Assembly (NCBI RefSeq): GCF_018350175.1
Contig: NC_058368.1
Coordinates: 51,771,815 to 51,835,814, forward strand
Direction of reading: 5' to 3'
Length of the DNA: 64,000 bases
DNA from: Felis catus
Taxonomy: Eukaryota
This document shows, piece by piece, positions 12,101 to 24,200 of the stretch. The translations under genes were made by a program, and so were the position numbers. Every line of letters starts with the position of its first letter. The first letter of the stretch is position 1. The notes under the pieces were generated by a model that did not search any database, was not told the DNA's origin, and saw only the letters and a list, made by a program, of their open reading frames with translations.

Positions 12101-15100
12101 AAATAATATGCTGGTGTCTTTACTTCTTTCCACCTCAAGTGAAGCAGTTGAAGAGACCGATTGTGAGAACATAGCTGGTCTATGTGCTAATTTGTTGTTT
12201 TTTCCTTTATGATATTGATGTTAACACCTTTGTCTCTCGAACTGATGACAATTTGTTAATAATAGTTAATTCCTAAAAACACCTAGAACACTTTATTAGA
12301 TGTAGTAGCAGCATTACCTTTACTTCATTTCATAGAGCATTTTCTGGTAGTCGGTGGAAATTTTAGGAGGTTTATTGTTTCTTAGATGGTCTGATGCTCC
12401 CAGCAAAGTTGTGGACATAAAATTTGGTGTTTCTTTAGGCAGTGTCTGTAAGATAATAAATTCGCTTTTTGTCTCTGGGTACATGAAGATTTTTAAACTC
12501 TTGCACACTATATACATATATTGATTTCCCTTTTTGAGTTTAGTTGGTACATATAAAAACTGCAAAATTTTAGAGATCAAGGAAGGAATCCCAGAGAACT
12601 CCCAGCCCTGTTAGTCTGAACAATTTTGAAAACCCCTGTTTCAGTCAAACCTATTCAATTTCCAGAAGAGGAAACAGACAAAGGTTAAGTGATCTGACCA
12701 GGGTCACGGAGAAAACTAGTGGAAGACTGATAGTTTTGTGATCTGTTAGGGAATGAATAATTATGAGGAACCTATTGGGTTTGAAGCTTACAACTAGGTA
12801 TCATTAGTTGCACATTAGGTATAATTATAGGCCATGGATGCCAAAAAGAGAATTCAGTAGACATACTCAGTCTTATTAACAGCAGGCAATTATCATAGAT
12901 TAAAGCTAATTATGTACTGGAGGGCACAGAGATGTTACTCCAAGAGAAGAATAGGTTGTCAATTTAATATATTACATTTTGGAACACTAATGTACTGCTT
13001 GCTGAATATAGAATGCATTGTCAGTACATTGCATTTAAAAGGGAAAAGAAGCACTGAATAGCTAATTTAATAAACATGACAGGCAGTCAAGCCCATATCC
13101 ATAGTTTCCTAGGAGTAGAAGACGTTGGAGATGGGCAGAGTCTTAGAGATGTTCCAGTCTCCTCATTTTACAGATGAGAATACTGAGGCCAGGAGCAAAA
13201 ATCTCATAGTCTCCGTGAGTTCTTCTAACTCCCAGCCCAACTCCTGGGGCTCCCAGCACACCAACTTTGATCTTAAAAGAAATGAAAGTTAATTAAACAC
13301 CTCCAGAAATAGTGGAGGTTTATAAAGCTAGGATTGTTGCTCTTGCCATGGGACAGCCAGAAGGTGTCCTTTACTGCTCTACAGGGTCACTTGAAATATT
13401 ATTTCATAGGTGACAATGGCACAAATGTGCAAATGGCTGCAAAACACTTTGCAGCTCTTAAACTACATGGAGTCAGTGATAGATAAATATTCTAACATAT
13501 CCCTTTACTATATCCTTAAAGCAAAACAAATGAAAGCAGAAACTTGTTACAGAAAGAATGTTACATTTTTCCTGGATAAAGTTTAGATATAAGATTTCTG
13601 CATTTTCAGGGACCCAAGGCCTGAAAAGGGGGTCTATAAATTTGTTATTTTCAAGTCATTGAGATAAATTGTGTGATGCTATCAATCAAGGCAATTCAGA
13701 ACTGATACTGAGATCCTCGTTTTGTTAAAACACTGTTGTCTTTTCAGTAGTGGTAGAACATAGCATACAATTATATATTTTCTAAGCCAAGATTTCTCAA
13801 ACTATGGGTCAAAACCCACCAACGGGTCTTGTAATTAATACAGCAAGTAGCAATCAGCACTTTCCCTCAATTAAATAAAATTAATTAAATAGAGTGGAAA
13901 ACATGAGAGTTATTATGTAGTAAGGGTATTATTTAATGAAATTTGTGTTTGCTCATGTGTGTGTGTGTGAGTGTGCATATCTCTATCTGAAGAGAGTATT
14001 GAGTTGTGATGTAAACCTTATTTCTTTTTTTTAAGTTTATTTATTTATTTTGAGAGAGAGAGCACAAATGCCTGCAAGTGTGAGCAGGTAAGGGGCAGAG
14101 AGAGTAGGAGAGAGAGACTCTCAAGCAGGCTCTGTGCTAATAGCAGGGGCTCAATCTCACGAACCTTGAGATCATGACCTGAGCCAAAATCAAGAGTTGG
14201 ATGCTTAACTGACTGAGTCACCCAGGCGCCCCTAAAATGTATTTCTTAATGCGCTTTATGAAACAGTAATTTGAATATCACTTTCCCAGGTTGTTGCATA
14301 AATGACATTTTCTGTGCTCATCAGAAGAGTGAAAATGGAAGTTCCCATGGTTGTGTGTGCAGTTTAATCATGTTGGCACATGAATGTTGTATGTAGTTAC
14401 ACTAGAAAATATTATGGCCTTTGAACACATTATCTTCTCTACAAAGTCTTATTCTTTGTATTTTTTATTCTAATCTATGAAATTAACCTCACTTTATTTT
14501 ATTTAAAAAATTTTTTAATTCCTGTACAGTTAACATACAGTGTTACAATAGTTTAAGGTGTAAAATAATCTCACTTTAGAGATCATTGTCTTTTAGGCAC
14601 AGTTGAGCTTTATACTAAATCTTGCAATCAATTTATACAAGGAAATTATATTTTGGATAGCTCTTATAGGATAATCCTTCCTTTAATAGTATTTGTAGAA
14701 ACCAATTGGTTATCGTTAATTGCGAATACTATTCCTGAAGATAACTCAAAACAGTGAAAATTCAGTTAGCAGCTTTCTGTCTACCGTGGCAATCTGAGAA
14801 CAATGATGGAAGCCAGGGGCTGGGAAACACATTCAATGGAAATATTAGGTTTGGGGGAGGGAAATGCAGACTTTTTCTCAGAACTTTTCAGTGATGAAGT
14901 TCTAAATGGCGCCCCTTCAGCTCTCAACATTGTTTTAATATTTTTGACAAGTAAAATGTCTCTTATTTTTATATAAGGAGAAAGGACTGTTTGGAGGGAA
15001 GGGTAGACAGGCAAGTTGCTGTCCAAGATGGTACTGAAAGCAGGCATTCTCAGTCCTGTGATTTCTATTTTTTTTAATGTTTATTTATTTTTGAGAGAGA

Positions 15101-18100
15101 GAGAGAACACACACGCTCACGAGTGGGGGAGGGGCAGACAGAGAGGGAGACAGAGAATCTCAAGCAGGCTGTGTCCACTGTCAGCGCTGAGCCTGACATG
15201 GAGTTCGAACCCGCAGACTGTGAAATCATGACCCGAGCTGAAATGAAAAGTTGGACGCTTAACTGACTGAGTCATCCAGGCACCCCAGTCCTATGATTTC
15301 TTGCCATTACAGGCTGACACATTTCTCTGAATAAATATTAAAAAGGGGTTTACAGGAACAACTGAAAAATCACCACCTGCCAGCCCTTAAAACAAGGTAT
15401 GACACGAAGGCAGTGAATGGCAGCAAACTATGTGGGAAGAAATACGGTTCTTGACTGAGGAAACAAACTGGTGTGGCTTCAGATAGGAAGCAGACAGTCT
15501 TCAGAGCATGTAACTAATTTGACCATGAACAGCTGAGTTCATTTCAGCTTTTTAGTCATTGTAAAAGAAAGAAATGTCATGGTTTTGAAGGATTGCTAGA
15601 ATGCTCCTTGCCAAGTCTTATGCTAAGTATAATCCCAATTTTGGAGCTTATTTTAAAAAATATCCTCAGTTGGTGAATATGATTTAAAAACTAACAAGGA
15701 CAAGGGCATTAAAATCAGCTTGTATCTTCATAACGTTAAAACACTGCAGAGTGGAAAGTTGTTAATCCCAGATGTTTGCTGTGAACACCAGCCAGCTGTG
15801 CTCTGGCTATGAAGTATGTAAAGTCAGAGCAACTTCTCTTCAAATCCAGCATAGACTGTCCCCCCAAATTAGCTAGAAAACTTATTTCAAGGCTGTTCTA
15901 TGCCAAACCAGTATGTCTCATGCTAAATGATAAGACGGCTAATCCTTTCTTCTAATTCCAACCAACTTGAACCCGCATTACCTCTAACCCAAGCTGCTTT
16001 AATTTTTTTTTTTTCACTTAAAGAAATCGAGATCTTGATAAGCTCATCAGAGTGAGTCCTGAAACTCTCACCAACAACCGAAGGTAATAGAACTATATTA
16101 ATTTTTGTGCTTTGGGCAGGAAGAATATTTTGGTTTATTATTATTTCAAGCAGATTTATAACCTTAATGCTCCTGCCAAAAGAACTTTACCATTAACCTT
16201 CTCTCCTTTTATTTTTCTATTTAAAGAAACCAGGATCTGGATAACCTCATCAAAGTGAGTCCTGCAGTGACCAGAAGCAGTCAGAGGTAATCAAATAAAA
16301 TAGTCATTTCATGTTTTCATCTGTCTGTTGCCCCTGGGTGCAGTGGATTTATAATGTGGCTTTATTGACCCAGCACAACCAAAACCTATCACTAATCTGA
16401 ATTTATTTATTTTTTTCTCTTTTGAACAGTGAAGGCTTGGACAGTCTCATTAAAGTGAAATCTTCAGGTCTCAAAAACACTGAGCGGTAAATGACTTTGC
16501 CTATCTTGAGGTGTTCTCAAGGTTCTAGTTAGGAATTGTGTTTCTTTCTCTCTCTCTCTTAAAGAAGCCTTTTATTGGGGTGCCTGGGTGGCTCAGTTGG
16601 TTAAGCATCTGACTTCAGCTCAGGCCATGATCTCACAGATGGTGAGTTCGAGCCCCATGTCAGGCTCTGTGCTGACAGCTCAGAACCTGGACCCTGCTTC
16701 CGATTCTGTGTCTCCCTCTCTCTCTGCCCCTCCCCTGCTTGCTCTCTGTCTCTCTCTCCCTCTTAAAAATAAATAAACATAAAATTTTTTTTTAAAAAGA
16801 AGCCTTTTATTTTTCTTTAGTGTTCAAATGAAGACACAGTTCTAAGTCATGTGTCTCCTGTCAGCAAGGAAACATCTTGCACTCCTCTGGAATCGCACTA
16901 TTTGGGACTCGGTTCTGTACTTTTTACTTATTTACAGGAGTGCAACTTTGTTTGTTGTCTACAGCATGTTAGGACTGAAATGAAAACTGAATGCAATCAA
17001 ATCAGAAGAAAACGTATTTCCAAGAAACTGAACCAAACTGGTGGCTTATATAGATGACTATAGAGCATCAGAAAGGATATTCAGGGTCCTCAAATTACAG
17101 ATCCACAGTTTGTGTGGACTCACAGAATATTACAGCAGATTTTTAACCTTGAACTTCCATTTTGAGTTCTGCAAATATAGTATAATTTAGTATCTTTATG
17201 TGATATCTACATCTTTCACCTCAAGGGGCTTATTAATAGACAATAAGGTAATAATAGATAATGCACCCAAGTGCCTAATATTAGAAATTCAAATTGTCCT
17301 GCTGACCTGAAATGTTATCATTATAAACATAAATCTTGGAACCATAGTGTCAATATTCTAAGATGAGGAAAGCAAGTTAACATACGGAAACGTGCTTTGA
17401 ACCCACTGGGGGAAAGAAGGCAGTGTAGTACATTCATGGCTCAACTCTTGCGTCTCCTAGTTTGTTGTCTATGTTACTATGTGATTTTGCTATTTCTGCT
17501 TATATGGTTTTATTACTGGGGTGATGGGGTGTTTGGAGGAGGGAGGCACTGGAAGAGCCACCGTCACTGAGAGAAGTAGCACTTACTGAGTCCCTTTCAT
17601 GTGACTGGCAATTTACATACATTCAATCCTTACAATGAGAAACATATTCATGAGAAATATATTCATATAGCCTACTTTATAGAAGAGGGGAGTATAGCTC
17701 AAAGACATTAAATGACCTTCTGAAGAAAGAAAACATATCCTGGGTCTAAACTCAAGTCCTTCTGATGCCACTGCCTAGAAGAAAAACAGACTCCCATCTT
17801 CTTTCCATCCTTTATACTCACCACAGTCCCTTCCCTTCTAAATCCCCCTTCCTGCAGCGAAAGAAGTACAATTACATACGCTTATTCTAGCAAATTATCA
17901 CTTAAGTGACAGGGAAGAGAGAAAGTACTTACCTCATAGAGGTTTCCTACTAGCTGAAATAATAGCAGATTTTGGTGTCAACCCTGCCACTGATGATTGT
18001 ATGGAAATATCTCTGTTAAGTAGAAGCATTTCTTCACAGTGGTTTTGGTTGGGATGGAATTTTCTTTTTATTAGTAATAGTATTAAGATTGTTAGGAGGT

Positions 18101-18250
18101 CCCCAACTGTGCTGGAAGTGATTAGGTTTAATAACCACGTACAGAATAACTAACAGTGGCTCCTGTAGCCAACCCCTCCCTCAGTGTCTGATTCCATAAA
18201 ATGTACTTCTCTCTGTCTCTCTGTCTCTGTCTCTGTCTCTGTCTCTGACA

Positions 18251-18293
<43 letters not shown>

Positions 18294-21200
18294 TCCTCTT
18301 TTTCTCACTTTTCCTTCCTTCCCTCCTTCCCTCTGGCAAATGTGCTATGTTGACAGACCATGGTAACTTTCTGGTAAGGGTTTTATCTTTTGTTTATTAG
18401 AAGATGCCAGTTTTATAAAGAGGTAGTTTGTATTTCAGCAACTTCTAATAAAACATCTATAGAAAGAAGGCATTTTCCTTATATGGATGAGATTCCTATA
18501 AAAAGAAAATTTTAAAATATTGGCCATCATGTGGCTTTCAGATGGAGGCTTGATCCATAAATCTAACCTAAGCAACGTCTGGCTCTTCTTTAGGAGTGAC
18601 ACCAGATTTAATGATAATCAGCCAGGTTATCAAGAATTAGAGCAGAACAGACAAACAGGAAAACTGCTTACTTGAAAAAAGTGACTTCATTCAATTGGCT
18701 CAGCCACCTGTAACTATAATGTATCTACCCTGCCCACTTGATTTTAATGGGTAAAGAGAGGGGCATTTTAAAGCATCTCCCAGAGGGATAACAGCCACAG
18801 GCAATTTTACATCCAATTCAATGTGACATGGCCACTGATTATTTAATAGCAGAACAGCAGTGAATTAGAGTCCTTTTTATGTGACTTTGCTGACATTTCC
18901 AGCAGCTGTATATGTAATTCACACTTGGGGTGGAATAAACTTGGGTCATCGATCAGGATATAAGCAGGTGTCCCTGAGCTCCTTCTAGGAACATAACAAC
19001 ATGAACAAATGCAAATATGCACAGAATTTTCATTTATTCAGGGAGAAACTGCATGGCTTTTAGCAGTGACAGCCTCACATTGTCATGAACCAACATAAAA
19101 AGGAGGCATTCAATTATCTGAGGCTATAAACTTCTGCTCCCAAATGAAGATTGAAAAGCAGCTGGTGCCATGGAGGCCTTTACAGTTAGAAAATACATCC
19201 TTCATCTGAAGTAGAAAAAAGATTCTGAACTATTTGTATTATTATACTTCCATAATTTTAAGGGCTTCCTACTTCCTGAGACATATACCTCCAAGTTTTA
19301 GTATTCCAACAAGAGAAGAGTTTCTTCCTATCTTCCTATTGCAGATTTCTCATATTTCTGCTCAAGGAAGAAAGCTGGGGGAAGGGGTGACCTTGACTCT
19401 TTCCAGTGCTTCATTCCCCATAATTGGCAGGCCACTCTGCATGCCTCTATCTCAGGAACTAAGATACCTTATCTTTTCCGATACTACCAGGACCAGAATA
19501 CAATTCGGCCTCCTAATTGGTCCCTCTGCTACCAGTCTCGCCTTCTGTCCTTTAGTCCATTAGCCACACTGTAGAGTGATCTTCCTGAAGCACAGATCTG
19601 ATCACGTCATTCTGATTAAATCCTCTTGTGGCTTCCCATTGCCGTTGGACAATGGCCATACTCCTTAACCTGGTTTCCAAAGCCTAGCTGATCCTGCCTT
19701 CACAGGCTTTCCCCACCCCTACCCACCGTGATGCTCCCTCCACAGGCAAACCCCACCCATCTTTCATTCATATTGCATTGATAACTTCTACTTATTCTTT
19801 AGGTCTCAAATTAGGTGTCTCTCACTTAGCTCAGGGAGGCCCCCACCCTGGACCCACCACATCTGCATCAGATGCTTCTTTTAGATATTCTCAAGCTCTC
19901 TGACCTTCCTGTCCCAAGCTTTTGTCTCCTAGAGGGAATTATTATTTAATCACCTCTCCCCAACTATAAGATCTTTGAGGGTAAGGATTGGGTCTGTCTT
20001 GTTCACTTCTTTCCTTACAATATAGGTAGAGCACAATGCCTGACACATTTTCGGTGCTTAACAAAAACTCTGTGAATTAAAGTCTAAAATCTCAAACTAA
20101 TCAAGGACCTTTGGTCGTCCATCTAGATAAAGCTTATTGCTTTTCAGCTCTAACATTCTGAGCCCCCACAAGTGAAACCAGATTGAAGGAATCTGATATC
20201 TTATGACTGGTCTGCTTGCTGAAGCCATTGACTATCTCTTGCTCATGACATAACCTCAATAACCATGGTGATGACTTAAAGCCACTAAAATTCTTGAGTA
20301 CACCTTACATTTAAAAGACGTATATTTTCCAATTTCCTAGGGGCCTGTGAATTTCTTTAATATAAAATATTTAAGACTTTCTCATTGAAAAGACCTATAA
20401 AGATATATAAAACCAGGCCCATTTTGCCATGTCAACAGAGCTGAAGAATTATACCACTTATCTCTCTGTACTCTGTACTTCCTTTTGAAAGACAAATATT
20501 CCTTTTGAACTAAAGCTTAATGCCTAAGATTTAGTTCTTGGCATAGAAGAAGTGCCATAGTAAATTTTTTATATGGAGGCTCTTAATTTTGCAAATGTGT
20601 TTGATACTCTACAAAAGCAATTTAAGTAAACTGTAGAGAGAGAAACATATTGCAGCTTTTAATAAATACCTCCCACACCCTCATGAGAGTGGTGAGTGAG
20701 CTGTTAACTTTCTCTCATGCAGAGCGTATCTTGAGAAAAGTTGTATAAAGGCAGACATAGTAATACCTATTTTTTTCCTCATCTGCTCTGTAGTGGGACA
20801 GTGGAAAATAGATATTACTATAACAAAGATAAATGCTTATATTCAAGATTTGTGCTGTGACTTTACATAACAGGTAACTCATTCCCCACCCCACCCCCAA
20901 TTTTGAAAGCTACATTTAAAAAAGCATTTTTAGGTGCAAAGGCTAACAAAATTTCTTTTTAGCCTTCCTCACCGTATCCACAGAGAACTGGCAATTTTTC
21001 TTGGAGCTAATTCAAATCGCTCATAAATGTATACAGTTATAAAGTCTTCCTTCCACTGCAACTGTCATGGAAAGGGTTTGGAATCAAGCCTTTGCTCCAC
21101 CCTGCTGCATGTAGCCGGGCTTCTATAAAAATCTACTTGTCACACTTTGGCGCACAGCTTTTCATTTTCTACCACAGTGTAAAAACACAACGCAATAGAT

Positions 21201-24200
21201 GTGTTCTTACTGAGAGAGTGGGAATTTATTTTTGTATCCTTCAACTTGGGAAGTTTATGGGCAATCTGAACTTCTTTTATTGGATCTTCCAATCTAGCCG
21301 ATGACGTCAATCAGAGTGAGCAACCAAAGCAAATACACATTTTGTGCTTCTCATACTCTGGAACTTTTCATTTTGCTTTGCATATTAGTATAGATTATTC
21401 AGAATAAAATATTATAATCCACTCGGTCAAATTTGATATGTGATGCTGTTTAATAAAAGCAACAAAAATTCTATGAAACCACTAATGTGGTTTATTTGAT
21501 GATTCACAATTATACCACTTTGGGCATACGCTTCTTTGAAGGCTTTTGCATAGGTTCCAATTTTGAGTTTCCTACTTGTAGTTGTTGGATTTGTTAGATT
21601 CTGGCTTCTCCTTGTTTCTCAGGTCCAAGCCTATTCCTGCTCTCCCTCCTAGTAGCTGGGGTCCACAAAGGCTTGGGTCCTTGGGCGGGGATGGAGGATG
21701 TGCAAAGACCCAGCGTCCGCAGAAGCCAGGAACAGAAAGTGCCAGCAGAAGTGAGGATGTGCAGGATCAGGCTGAGAAACCGAGTGTAATCATGTCGTGA
21801 AGGCACAGGAGATCTCTATTAGTTTTCTAGGGGTGCCATAACAAGTACCACAGACTGAGGGGCTTAAAATAGAGATGTATTTCGCACAGTTCTACGAGCT
21901 AGAAGTCCAAGAATAAGGTGACTTGTCTGCAGGGTTGGTTCCCTCTGATGATTGAGAGAGAAGAGTCTATTCCAGGTCTCTCTCCTTGGCTTGTAGAAGG
22001 CTGCCTTCATCCTGTAGCTTCACATTGTCTTCCATCTGTGTGTGTCTTAGTCCAAATTTCCTCTCCTTGTAAAGATACCAGTCATATTAGATTAGGGCCT
22101 ACCCCAATGACCTCATTTGAATGTGATTACCTCTGTGAAGACCCTATCTTTAAGTAAAGTCACATTCTGACATACTAGCATTAGGACTTCAGCATGTGAA
22201 TTTGGTGGGGGAAACACAATACCATCCCTAACAATGTCCCAGAACAAGGATACAAAGCCAGATCTAAGACCTGCATAAAAAAAGAAATATATGCAATTCA
22301 GGGGTGACTGACACCAATGGAGATGAAATGTCCATCACTTCCTTTACTGATCTTTTTCTACAAGGTCATGGTGCACACTAAGTGTCTGGATGTGGGTGGA
22401 GCTGACTGCCTTAAAAGTTCGGGGTCTAATGTCTTCCCCTTGGGGACCCATTTAATATCTGTTCTCAGAGCTAGGTAAGGTAGTTAAAGGTCTCCCCTAG
22501 AGAAGTGGAAAAAGGGAATTTAAATTTAATCTTAGAAATCTTTTGGAGCAGTTTCTAAGTGCAAAGCCATGTAAGGCCATGGCAGTGAGACTCTACTCTC
22601 AAGTTATACTGAAAGCAATCAGTGTCCATCAGTGGCCCTCAGTTCATCCTAGGTTAGCAGTAGGAGAATCATTTGCTGGGACAAAATTCTAATTCCCCCA
22701 AGATTCACATATCCTGGTGAAACTGGATATGTGACATCATGGTACTTCTTTTAATTTTATTTCATTATCCCCAAGTATTTAGTAAAGTATTATTTTAAAA
22801 TTATCAAAGGAGGATTACTTAATGCCCAGATTATTAAAGTAGTACAGTGGCCCTTGAGGCCAAGAAGGTAGCTCTAATAATTAGCGAAGGGCCATCGGGG
22901 TTTGGCAAAAGTCTTCTGTCTCCCTTTCTAAATTTGAATGATGTGATCTGGGAAGTTTCCTTACATAGTTCATTGAGAGAGTCAGTTCTGAATTTTACAT
23001 CATTCAGACTGCAGAATCAGATGGTTGCAATACTTCTGAGCTACTTCTGAAATCTTGTGCTTTTTACTTGTGTTACTTAGCATATTTTCCCTACTGTAAC
23101 TCCCATTAAAAAATAATCTAACTAATTTCTACATTTTCAAAATTATGCAGCTAGTATTTTAAATGCGAAGTTTAAATGTAGCTATGGAATGCTACCCAAT
23201 TTGCAGATTTATCAATTATTGGTGGTTTGGATGTTATATAAAAGGAGTATTAAATCTCAAGACACTACAAGAAATTTTTGTAGTATTTTTCATCCTTATC
23301 AATATTAATTTTGTGAGTGAGAGTCCATACTCTGATTCCATGTGAGTGAGAATCCATACTCTGATTCCTTGTTTAAATCTACTATTCAAAATCATGAGCA
23401 GGGAGATTTATAAAAACTAGAGTTAATTCCAAAGATGAGAGAAATTAGAGCAGAAATACAAATGAAAAGGCAGTCCATCAAAATACTGAAATCAATAGTG
23501 CCTCCTGCTGTGTCACTGAACTTCTGTTAGCTGTCATTTATTTATGCTTATTCAGTTCACCCACAACGGAGGTCGCTGTGCCATGAATGTTACTTACATT
23601 AACTCATTCATTCTCACCACAACTTAATGAAATTAGATAGGGTTAGTCTAGTTTACAAAAGGAAGATTAAGAAGGTTGATTAACTTGTCCACAGAAATAG
23701 AAGAGATGGCCTCATTGTTCTGGCTTCTAAACAATTGTCCTAATCAATTGGGTTCATGACAAAGGCTTTTCCAAACTCATGGAGGAAAAAATAATCAAGA
23801 ACCACCAGTGATATAGCCAATATATAAATAACTAATATTTGAAAAAAAAAACATATCAGAGGACATTGTAGATCGTGAAAGCATATGAAAATCATTGCTG
23901 CAGCTCAAGATTCAAGAATCTAATTGTCCCATTTATCCTCCACATTATGTATTGTTTATTCAAATTTTGGGTTTCATGTTTCTGTGATCTACAAAGATGG
24001 AATGAAGTCTCTAATTAAATATCCAAGAATTGATATTGGATGGGCAGGTGGCTTGGCCTCAAATCTTGACTCTTTTACAAATTAGTTAATTGACCTTGGA
24101 AAATTCACTTAGCCTTCCTGAGCCCCAGATGCTGTCCTGCAGGGTTTTGTGAGATCTGAATGAGATAATCCATGTGAAAATACATAGTTAGTACTTTGTG

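Noticed and set aside
18573..18625. Another possible decayed repeat exon ([17 protein letters not shown] spacing)
   Set aside because: Only about half the bases match the 16227 exon, and the alignment needs an indel and contains a stop. It cannot be told from chance without an HMM scan.
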